Origin: an uncultured delta proteobacterium
GTDB lineage: Bacteria > Myxococcota_A > Polyangia > Fen-1088
Assembly: GCA_963755125.1 (NCBI GenBank)
Contig: CAVWIP010000012.1
Coordinates: 160,001-224,000, forward strand
DNA length: 64,000 nt
Direction of reading: 5' to 3'
In this document: one piece after another, positions 1 through 8,526 of the stretch
Layout: every line of letters begins with the position of its first letter
Numbering within the stretch: position 1 is the stretch's first letter
The notes under the pieces: generated by a model
The model's input: only the letters and a program-made list of their open reading frames with translations
Databases searched by the model: none
Told to the model about the DNA's origin: nothing
Position numbers and translations under genes: made by a program

Positions 1-3000
1 CACCGAGGGCAGCCCCATCTGTCCGGTCTGGCCGATCTCCCACACGCCCGCGGTCTGGAAGCACAGCTCGACCATGCGCGGCCCGACCATGCTGGTGCTG
101 TTGGGGTTGGTGGTGTCGGCAGGCAGAGGTGTCCTCATGGTCCCCACCACCTTCCCGCTCGATAGCCGGTTGACCATCTCCAACACCCGGTAGGCCGGAC
201 CGTGGAAGTACACCCGGTAGATGTCGTCGTGGCCGATGCCGCCCACCGGGCCAGCGCCATCGACGGCCGTGCGCGCGCTCGGTCCCGTCCCCTGTTCCAG
301 CACCACCACGCCGGCGAAGTGCAGTTTCTCCTCGGGCTCGCGCCCCACCACCACCTGCACCGACGACAGGCTCGTATGAACCCGCACCCGCCCATCCGCG
401 CCCAGCACCGGCCGCGCGCGCACGATCACCGAACGCGGCTCGTGGCGGTAGTACTTCATGGGCGCCAGGAAGCGCACGTTTTCCAGCGCCGCTACCCGAT
501 GCTGCGGGGCCAGCAACCAGGCCGCCTCGGCGAATGTCTCCAAACCCATCACGCCCGGCAGAACCGGAATGCCGTCGATGGCGTGATCGTGAAGGAACGG
601 CTCCACCTTGGGGTCGAGACGAATCTCGGCCGTCATGCCCTGGTGCAGATCGAAGGTGACGTTGTCAAAGGGCAAAGGCAACGCCCTTTCGCGGGCGCGG
701 GCCAGCAGGCTGCCCTCGGGATCGATGCCGCCGTCCTTGTCAAAGGGCTCCATCAGGATGCCCAGCTTGTGCCCCACCACCGCTTCGCCCGAGAAGCCCG
801 CCTGCAGCGCATGGCGGATGACCGGCAGGCCCTCGTCCGGCGACAGCATGTCGATACCCGCGCGCTTCATGATCTCGGGGATGCTTCCGCGCGTGGCCAT
901 GCCGATTCCACCCCAGGCCGTCCAGTCGAGCGCGATGCCCAGCGAGCCCGGACGCGACGCCGCCCACCAGGAGAGCGTCTTGCACATGAAGTCGTTGCCC
1001 GCGCTGTAGTCGGCCTGACCGGCGTTGCCAAATCGGCCGGCGACCGACGAGAATCCGACAATCGCCTTGACGTCCATGTCGCGTGTCGCGGCCAGCAGAT
1101 TGAAAAGCCCGTCGGCCTTCACCCGGAAGACCAGGTCGAATTCCTCCACCGGCTTGCGGTCGAGCGAGCGGCTGCGCTCGAGCCCTGCGGCGTGCAGGAT
1201 GACGTCGATGCGTCCGCTCTCGGCGCGGATGTTGTCCACCACCGCCTTGACCGCAGCGCCGTCCAGCACGTCGACCTGACGGTAGAAGGCACGGCCGCCT
1301 GCCTGCTCCACCCCGCGCAGGGCTTCCAGGATGCCGGCCTGCCGTTCCAGATCGAAGAGCTTCTCCTCGACCTGCGCGGGCGTGGCGCGGCCCTTCTCGG
1401 CCTTGATGCGCTCGAAGACCTCGCGCTTGGCAGCCTCGCGATCCTTGATCACGGTTTCGAGCAGAGCGTGTTCGCTCTCGGGCGGCATGGCGCGCGCATC
1501 CAGCAGGTAGAACGTGCCGCGCGACGCAGCCGCCAGATCGCGCACGATGGCCACGGTGATGGCCCCAGCCCCGCCGGTGACGGCGAACACCGTGTTCTCG
1601 TCCAACGTGAGCGGCGGCTTGGCGTCGGCCGGCACGGCTTGCATGACCTCCAGGCCAACCGTCACGCGCACGCCCCCCGCGTAGCCGATCTCCACCGCGC
1701 CCGGATCCTGCTCGGTCTCGTCGAGCAACGCGCGCGCGATGGTCTCGGCCGAGGCGCCGTCCTCGAAATCGACCGCCTTGGCCAGCAGATCGGGCCGCTC
1801 GCGCCGCAGCGTCTTGGTGAAGCCGGTGACCGCGCCCCCCACGGAGTTGCTGGCGCCGCTCGCACCATAGCCGTGCTGGCCGCCCATGCGGGTGGCGGCT
1901 ATGACGAAGCTGCCCGGGGTGCCCAGGCCCTCGTACAGGCCGCGGGCCGCCCCGTGCAAGAGCAAGACGCGGTCGCGGTAAAGCTTGCGAAACTGGACCA
2001 GGTCGAGGTCCGCCAGCGAAGCCGAGCGGTCGAGAGCAGGCAGAAAGTAGAGGCCCACGGGCTTGCCCGGCTTTGCCCATTTTTGCAAGGCGGCCTCGAT
2101 CTCGGCCCGTTCCGGTCGCGCATCGATGCGCAGCACCTGCACTCCCCGACTTTCCAACTCATCGCAGAGGAGCTTGCCCGCACCTTCGCTGTCAGCGACC
2201 ACCACCACGCGACTGCCTCTCTCCAGTCGCACGCCGGTCTTCTTGCACGAATCCAGTGGAGGCCGCAGGGTCACCACCGGACGGCGCAGCAGCCCACTCA
2301 CAAAGGGGCTCTGCCCCACCGCCGCGTCGGCTGCGGCAGTCACGGCGGTCGGCGCTGCCACGGCAGGCGCAGGTGCTGTCGGCGCGGCCGGTGCCGCTGC
2401 CGGCAGGTACTTGTTCACGAACCCGATGACGTGGCGAAGGGTCGGGTAGTCCCGCAGCTTCACATCATCCTGGCGCGGAATACTGAATGCCTCCCGCACC
2501 AGCGCGAACACCTCCGCCTGCTTGACCGTGTCGATCCCCAAGTCAGCCTCGAGATCCAGGTCCAGCTCCAGCATGTCGCGCGGATAGCCCGTCTTGCCGG
2601 CCACCAGTTCCAGAACCTTTTCTTCGATCGGATTCCCCGAACCAACTGCACTAGCCGTGGTCGTGGTCGTGGTCGTAGACGTGGTCGTGGTCGTGGCCGG
2701 TTTCGCAGCCACAACTGCCGGCGCTGCCGCCACCAGATCCGGCCGATTCGTCTCCACGAACCCGATCACGTGACGGAGAGTCGGATAGTCACGCAGCTTG
2801 ACGTTGTCCTGCCTCGGGATATTGAACGTCTCCCTCACCAACGCAAACACCTCTGCCTGCTTGACCGTGTCGATCCCCAAGTCAGCCTCGAGATCCAGGT
2901 CCAGCTCCAGCATGTCGCGCGGATAGCCCGTCTTCTCTGCCACCACTCCCAGTACCTTCTCCACCACGACACTTGTCGTGGCCGTGGTCGTGGTCGTGGC

Positions 3001-6000
3001 CGTGGCCGTGGCCGTGGTCGGAGCCGTGGCCGTGGCCGTGGTCGTAGTCGTGGCCGGTTTCGCATCCACCATCGGCACCGCCGTCACCAGGTCCGGCCGA
3101 TTCGTTTCCACGAACCCGATGACATGACGGAGCGTCGGGTAGTCACGCAGCTTGAGCGTATCCTGGCGCGGAATATTGAATGTCTCCCGCACCAGCGCAA
3201 ACACCTCCGCCTGCTTGACCGTGTCGATGCCCAGGTCAGCTTCGAGATCCAGGTCCATTTCCAGCATGTCGCGCGGATACCCGGTCTTTTCTGCCACCAA
3301 TCCCAGCACCTTCTCCGCCACGACACTTGCCGTGGCCGTGGTCGTGGCCGTGGCCGTGGCCGCCGCCGCCCCTGCCCCAACCAGATCCGGCCGGTTCTCC
3401 TTCACGAACCCCACCACATGCCGGAGGGTCGGGTAGTCACGCAGCTTGAGCGTGTCCTGCCGCGGAATATTGAATGTCTCGCGCACCAGCGCGAACACCT
3501 CCGCCTGCTTGACCGTGTCGATGCCCAGGTCAGCTTCGAGATCCAGATCGGGATCCAGCATGTCGCGCGGATAGCCGGTCTTGTCGCTGACCAGTTTGAG
3601 CACCGACTCCATGGCGGCGTCCGCTCCCGACGCTGCCGCGACAGTCGTGACCGCCGAGGACGCGGCCGACGGTGCGGTCGCCACCGGCGCAGGCGCCGGC
3701 TGAGCCGCAGGAGTCGCGATCACGGCCGGCGCGAGCGGCACTCGCGGCGCAGGCATCGCTGGCATCGGCGCCCCATCGCTCAGGCTTGCGCTTGGGCCCG
3801 TGCCCATGGTCCAGCTCGACTGAGCCGGCTCGCGCGCCGGCTGGCCAATGTCCTTGATGCGCAGGGTGCGCTTCTCGACCTCCAGGACCGGCGCCGGGTA
3901 CCCGGAGATCTCGGACAGCCAGCGTTGGTAGGCAGCCCGATCGGCCACCCGCTCTTCCAGACCATCGATGCGACGGAGCACGGTCATCGCGATCTGCGAA
4001 CCGAAGCCGGCGGCCAGTCGCAGGGCGTAGCGCACGGGATAGTGCCCGCCCTTCGACAGATTGAGCGTGCCCAGCTCGGGATCGGGCTCGCGGTAGTTGG
4101 GCACCGGCGGAACCACCTGCTTCTCCAAAATCTTGACCGCCACCGCGTCCTCCACGCCCACACCCATGGGATGACCGGTGAACCCCTTGGTGTTGCACAC
4201 CACCAGATCGTTGGCGCTGGCGCCAAAGGTCTTGCGTAGGGCGAATATCTCGGCCGAGGCGCTGCCTCCGCGCGCTGGCGTGTAGGTCTCGTGCGAGATG
4301 AATACCAGCTCGCGCGCCATGGCGTGCCGATCGATGCCGTGACGTTGCTCCACGCCCGACACCAGCCGCTCCATCACGCCCTCGATGTGATCCACATCCA
4401 GGCGCGTCCCGTGGAAGGCGCTGTTGGCGAATGTGCTGCCCAGCACCTCACACAGGCCGCGCATACCGCGCTCGCGCAGCGAATCTTCCGACTCCACCAC
4501 CAGGCCGCAAGCGCCCATGCCCAGCAACATGCCGTTGCGCCGGCGATCGAAGGGCAGCGCCGCCTTTTCCAGCACATCCTCGGTGGTGGCCGCGCCAGTG
4601 GCCAGGAAGCCGGCACCCATCCATTCCAGCAGGTTGTCCGAGGTGACGTCGTCGGCGCCGATGATGAGCACGCGGCGGCAGCGGCCGGCCCGGATCCAGT
4701 CCTCGGCCATGCCCACCGCCATGGTGGTCGAGGCGCAAGCCGCGTTGACTTGCGTGTTGGGACCGCGGATGCCGAGCAGTTCGGCAAACTGCGCGTGACC
4801 CATGGAAAGAATGCGGAAGAGGAAACGGCGATCGAACTCGTAGCTGCTGCGGCCGGTTCGCTGCGCGAAGAAGCGCGTGACCTCGTCGACCAAGTTGTCG
4901 TAGCCGGGAAAAGCCGAGGCGAAGATCACGCCGGTCTCATCGGCCATCGCCACCGGAAGCCGCCAGCGGTCGGGCAAAAAGCTGCCCGTGGTGGTGCGGC
5001 GATAGTGGCGCACCAGGGGAATGCCCGCGTCGCGCAGAGCCTCGATGCCCGCGGCGATGGCCAGCGCGGTGGTGACGTCCCAGGCTTCCACGCGCTCGCG
5101 CGGTACGCCGAATTCCTCGACGATATCGAAGACGCCGCGGCGGCCAGCCAGGCGAATGACCTCGTCGACCGATCGGATGGGATCCAGGCTGGGCTCGCCC
5201 ACCTCGCGCTTGACCAGGCGGACCACGTTCTTTTCCACCATGCGGGCGCGGAAGACGTGCGGCACCGGATCGATGAAGGAGTCGCCGCGCAGAATGCGTT
5301 CCACGTTGCCGTCATCGAAGACGTGTTGCTTCTGCCCAGGCAGGCCCAGGGCCGCGCCTGACACGACGATCGAGCCCGAGCGGGCCTCCGGCAAGGCGGG
5401 CGGGCCGGCGCGACGACCGCCGTACATCGCCATGCCCTCGTCGAGAAAACGCGCAAACAGTCTTCCCAGCCCGTCGTAGTTGGGCTGGCCTGCGGAAGTG
5501 CGAATAGGACTCTCGCTCATGATCTGGGTTGCTCCGTGCGAAGAATTCGGGAGGGAAACTGTGGGTGTGGCTGTTGCAGTGGCGGGCGGCGTCCCTGCAA
5601 GGGCAGCCACAAGATCCTCGGGGCGCGGGATGCCCGCGGCGTAGAAGCCACACATGGCATCGTGGAACGAACGGACGCCGCCGCGCTTGGGATGGTTAGT
5701 GGAGAAGCAGATGACGTCGTCTTTGTCCTCGAGAATGCTGTCGGCCAGGGCCATGAGCGCGCGCTTGGGCCCCACCTCGACGAAGATGCGCGCCCCCTCC
5801 CGGTAGCAGGTCTCGACGCCCTTGACGAACTGGACCGAGGACGCCATCTGGTCGGCCAGGCGCCGCCGGATGGTGTCCATGTCGTGGGTCGGGTAGAGAT
5901 CCCCGTCGATGTTTCCCACCAGGGGAATGCGCGGGAACGCGATCTGCATCTCGCAGATGGTCCGGTAAAGCGCGTCGGATGCCGGTGCCACCACCTTGCT

Positions 6001-8418
6001 GTGGAAGGCGTGGGACACCGGGATGAGTTGCGCCGTCATGCCCAGCTTGTTGAAATAGTCGACCGCGCGGTCGACCGCATCGCTGGCGCCCGCAATCACG
6101 GTCTGCTTGCGGCTGTTGATGTTGGCCGGTGTGAGGTAGCCGCCGATCTCGGGCAGCCGGCTCACGATCTCGTCGGTGGGGCCGGCCACCGAGGCCATCT
6201 TGCCCTTGTCGCCGATGGACACCGAGGCCATGGCGCGCGCGCGTGCGCTCACCGCCACCAGTGCCTCGGGGAAGGTGACCATGCCCGCGCCCACAGCCGC
6301 GGCCCATTCGCCCAAACTGTGCCCCATCACGATGTCGGGCTTGACCCCGTGTTTGTCGAGCAGGCGCATGATGGCGATGTCGCTGGCCACCATGGCTGGC
6401 TGGCAGATGGTGGTGTCCTTCAGTGCCTCCTCGGCGGCTTGCACGGCAGCCGCATCAGCCTCGTTCTTGTAAACGTATGCGGTCAGCGGCTGACCCAGGA
6501 TGGGACCCATCACGCGGTCGGCCTCGGCAAAAGTTTCGCGCACGATCGGATCCGGAACATCGGCCAGCATGTTCACGTACTGTGAGCCCTGTCCCGGGAA
6601 GAGGAAGGCCACCTTGCCCGCTCGACCACACCGGAAGTGGATGCCCTTGCTCTGCAGCAGACGCCACTTCTTGGGCTCGTCCTTTTCAAGAGCTGCCAGA
6701 GCGGTCTCACCCTTCTTGACCAGATCGGCTGCATCCTCGAAGGCAATCACCAGACGTGCGGGCGCGGCCAGAAAGTCCGGTCCTGGCGGCTGGCGGTCGG
6801 GGGTCTGGCCGGCCTTGGCCCTTTCCAGCGCCTGGGTGAGGGCTGTGCGCACCGCCACCGCGTCGGCCCCGGACACGGCCAGCATGTTGCCCAGCATGGA
6901 CGGCCGGGTGTCCCGGGCCAGCGCGACCGAGGACGAGCCACCCGCGAAAGAAGCTGGCACCTGCACCAGCGGCTCACGCCGAGCCAACATGCCGGGCACA
7001 TACTCCTCGACCACCACGTGGAAATTGGTGCCGCCAAAGCCGAAGGCCGACAAGCCACAGCGCCGCGGACCGAACGACGGCTTCTCCCAGGGCTGGGCCT
7101 TGGTGTTCACGAACAGAGGCAGCTTGTCCCAGGGAATGTTGGGATTCGGCTCTTTGAAGTTGATCGAGGGCGGCAGAATCTTGTGGTGACAGGCCAGCAC
7201 GACCTTGAGCAGGCTGGCGGCGCCAGCCGCGCTCTTGAGGTGGCCGATCTGCGACTTGATCGAGCCGAGCGCAATCCGATGCTTGATGGGCGAGCCTTCG
7301 GAGAGCAGCTTGGCCACGGTTTCCATCTCGGCCACGTCCCCGGCCCGTGTCGAGGTGCCGTGGCCTTCCAGGAGTGTCATGGTCGCGGGGTCCAGTCCGG
7401 CGCGCTCCCAGGCGCGACGCAAGGCCAGAATCTGCCCGATGGGATTGGGCGCGGTGATGCCCTTGCCCTTGCCGTCGCTGGAGCCGCCCACGCCGCGGAC
7501 CACCGCGTAGATGCGATCGCCCGCCTTCTCCGCGTCCTGCAGACGCTTGCACACGAAGAAGGCACCGCCCTCGCCCATGATGAAACCCTTGGCGTGCTTG
7601 TCATAGGGCCGCGATCCGTCGGGCGAGAGTGCGCCGATCTTGCAGAACTTGATGAAGGTGGTGGCGCCCATGTTCCGATCCATGGCGCCGGTGACCACCA
7701 CGTCATAGTGGTGATCGACCAGACCGTCGACCGCGGATTGCAAAGCTGCCAGCGAGGAAGCGCAGGCGGCGTCGGTGGTGAAATTCGGTCCGCGCAGGTT
7801 GAGCACAGCGGCCACGCGGCCGGAGGTGATGTTGGTCAACTCGCCGGGCATGGTGTCTTCGGTGGTGTCCGGAAAACGCCGGTTCACCGACTCCCGCAAC
7901 TGCGCAACAAAGGCCGCGCGCTCGGCCTGGGGCAGCGACTGGAAGATCTGGGTGTCGGAGATGGCGTGCACGTACTCCGGCATGGAGAGGCGCAAGCAGG
8001 TCAGGTAGTGCAGCTCGCCGCCCATGGCATTGCCCAGGATCACGCCGGTCGATTCGGTGTCGAGCGGCCGGTCGGGATGGCCCGCGTCGCGTAGCGCCTC
8101 GGAAGCGCAGAGCAGAGCCCATTTCTGGCCGTCATCCATCGCGGCCGATACCGTGGGCGGAATGCGATACTTGGTGGGCTCGAAGGAAACGCCGCGCACC
8201 CAGCCGCCGATCTTTGAATAGGTCTTGCCCGGCGCCTTGGGATCAGCATCGTAGTAGTCAGCCTGGTTCCAGCGATCCAGGGTGACCTCGCTCACCGAGT
8301 CCCGGCCGGTCACGACGTTCTGCCAGAAGGCCTTGGCATCGAGCGCGTCGGGCAGTATGGCCCCCACGCCGATGATGGCGACGGCTCTCTCGGCCGGATC
8401 GCGTGTCGAACGACTCAT
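1..8418 (-). CDS. Iterative type I PKS/FAS megasynthase (PfaA-related), KS-AT-KS-ACPx4-KR-DH; 3' end outside the window
   Basis: ATG at 8418 with GGAGG RBS. The segments I translated (including the AT-KS2 linker and the left end) share one frame with no stop, and the ORF track has no stop-terminated ORF in this frame. KS1: DAACASS (Cys 7762-7764), EGHGTST, GHLKSAAG. AT: GHSLGE and SHAFHS (malonyl type). KS2: NAACAST (Cys 4735-4737), SHETYT, TGHPMG. Four ACP-like repeats at ~2410-3610. KR: TGGAGAIT and DYSAGND. DH: HAIDGIPVLPG and FHGPAY. Confidence 0.93.
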   Translation of the reverse strand, partial: MSRSTRDPAERAVAIIGVGAILPDALDAKAFWQNVVTGRDSVSEVTLDRWNQADYYDADPKAPGKTYSKIGGWVRGVSFEPTKYRIPPTVSAAMDDGQKWALLCASEALRDAGHPDRPLDTESTGVILGNAMGGELHYLTCLRLSMPEYVHAISDTQIFQSLPQAERAAFVAQLRESVNRRFPDTTEDTMPGELTNITSGRVAAVLNLRGPNFTTDAACASSLAALQSAVDGLVDHHYDVVVTGAMDRNMGATTFIKFCKIGALSPDGSRPYDKHAKGFIMGEGGAFFVCKRLQDAEKAGDRIYAVVRGVGGSSDGKGKGITAPNPIGQILALRRAWERAGLDPATMTLLEGHGTSTRAGDVAEMETVAKLLSEGSPIKHRIALGSIKSQIGHLKSAAGAASLLKVVLACHHKILPPSINFKEPNPNIPWDKLPLFVNTKAQPWEKPSFGPRRCGLSAFGFGGTNFHVVVEEYVPGMLARREPLVQVPASFAGGSSSVALARDTRPSMLGNMLAVSGADAVAVRTALTQALERAKAGQTPDRQPPGPDFLAAPARLVIAFEDAADLVKKGETALAALEKDEPKKWRLLQSKGIHFRCGRAGKVAFLFPGQGSQYVNMLADVPDPIVRETFAEADRVMGPILGQPLTAYVYKNEADAAAVQAAEEALKDTTICQPAMVASDIAIMRLLDKHGVKPDIVMGHSLGEWAAAVGAGMVTFPEALVAVSARARAMASVSIGDKGKMASVAGPTDEIVSRLPEIGGYLTPANINSRKQTVIAGASDAVDRAVDYFNKLGMTAQLIPVSHAFHSKVVAPASDALYRTICEMQIAFPRIPLVGNIDGDLYPTHDMDTIRRRLADQMASSVQFVKGVETCYREGARIFVEVGPKRALMALADSILEDKDDVICFSTNHPKRGGVRSFHDAMCGFYAAGIPRPEDLVAALAGTPPATATATPTVSLPNSSHGATQIMSESPIRTSAGQPNYDGLGRLFARFLDEGMAMYGGRRAGPPALPEARSGSIVVSGAALGLPGQKQHVFDDGNVERILRGDSFIDPVPHVFRARMVEKNVVRLVKREVGEPSLDPIRSVDEVIRLAGRRGVFDIVEEFGVPRERVEAWDVTTALAIAAGIEALRDAGIPLVRHYRRTTTGSFLPDRWRLPVAMADETGVIFASAFPGYDNLVDEVTRFFAQRTGRSSYEFDRRFLFRILSMGHAQFAELLGIRGPNTQVNAACASTTMAVGMAEDWIRAGRCRRVLIIGADDVTSDNLLEWMGAGFLATGAATTEDVLEKAALPFDRRRNGMLLGMGACGLVVESEDSLRERGMRGLCEVLGSTFANSAFHGTRLDVDHIEGVMERLVSGVEQRHGIDRHAMARELVFISHETYTPARGGSASAEIFALRKTFGASANDLVVCNTKGFTGHPMGVGVEDAVAVKILEKQVVPPVPNYREPDPELGTLNLSKGGHYPVRYALRLAAGFGSQIAMTVLRRIDGLEERVADRAAYQRWLSEISGYPAPVLEVEKRTLRIKDIGQPAREPAQSSWTMGTGPSASLSDGAPMPAMPAPRVPLAPAVIATPAAQPAPAPVATAPSAASSAVTTVAAASGADAAMESVLKLVSDKTGYPRDMLDPDLDLEADLGIDTVKQAEVFALVRETFNIPRQDTLKLRDYPTLRHVVGFVKENRPDLVGAGAAAATATATTTATASVVAEKVLGLVAEKTGYPRDMLEMDLDLEADLGIDTVKQAEVFALVRETFNIPRQDTLKLRDYPTLRHVIGFVETNRPDLVTAVPMVDAKPATTTTTATATAPTTATATATTTTTATTSVVVEKVLGVVAEKTGYPRDMLELDLDLEADLGIDTVKQAEVFALVRETFNIPRQDNVKLRDYPTLRHVIGFVETNRPDLVAAAPAVVAAKPATTTTTSTTTTTTTASAVGSGNPIEEKVLELVAGKTGYPRDMLELDLDLEADLGIDTVKQAEVFALVREAFSIPRQDDVKLRDYPTLRHVIGFVNKYLPAAAPAAPTAPAPAVAAPTAVTAAADAAVGQSPFVSGLLRRPVVTLRPPLDSCKKTGVRLERGSRVVVVADSEGAGKLLCDELESRGVQVLRIDARPERAEIEAALQKWAKPGKPVGLYFLPALDRSASLADLDLVQFRKLYRDRVLLLHGAARGLYEGLGTPGSFVIAATRMGGQHGYGASGASNSVGGAVTGFTKTLRRERPDLLAKAVDFEDGASAETIARALLDETEQDPGAVEIGYAGGVRVTVGLEVMQAVPADAKPPLTLDENTVFAVTGGAGAITVAIVRDLAAASRGTFYLLDARAMPPESEHALLETVIKDREAAKREVFERIKAEKGRATPAQVEEKLFDLERQAGILEALRGVEQAGGRAFYRQVDVLDGAAVKAVVDNIRAESGRIDVILHAAGLERSRSLDRKPVEEFDLVFRVKADGLFNLLAATRDMDVKAIVGFSSVAGRFGNAGQADYSAGNDFMCKTLSWWAASRPGSLGIALDWTAWGGIGMATRGSIPEIMKRAGIDMLSPDEGLPVIRHALQAGFSGEAVVGHKLGILMEPFDKDGGIDPEGSLLARARERALPLPFDNVTFDLHQGMTAEIRLDPKVEPFLHDHAIDGIPVLPGVMGLETFAEAAWLLAPQHRVAALENVRFLAPMKYYRHEPRSVIVRARPVLGADGRVRVHTSLSSVQVVVGREPEEKLHFAGVVVLEQGTGPSARTAVDGAGPVGGIGHDDIYRVYFHGPAYRVLEMVNRLSSGKVVGTMRTPLPADTTNPNSTSMVGPRMVELCFQTAGVWEIGQTGQMGLPSV
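2410..3610 (-). repeat. Four tandem near-identical ACP-like domains separated by Thr/Ala-rich hexanucleotide repeat linkers
   Basis: Repeated GYPRDML.xDLDLEADLGIDTVKQAEVFALVRE.F.IPRQD..KLRDYPTL; (GTGGCC/GTGGTC)n tracts at ~2656-2698, ~2976-3055 and ~3329-3362. Confidence 0.92.
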
Positions 8419-8526
8419 TTCAACTTCCTCCCAGATATCGAAAACGGAAAACCGGGCGCCCGCCGGCTCGCCCCGGCGTCCGAATCAAGCGAATGGTTGC
8501 CTGCCTCTTTTCTCTCTCTTGCTCGG

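Noticed and set aside
1..5520. Separate second PKS gene starting at ATG 5520
   Set aside because: In frame with ATG 8418, no stop found in the linker before it and no clear RBS, so treated as one polypeptide
202..8094. Long plus-strand ORFs (1345, 356, 349 and 485 aa)
   Set aside because: Antisense shadows of the GC3-biased PKS. The RGRGRG runs are the reverse reading of the Thr/Ala linkers.
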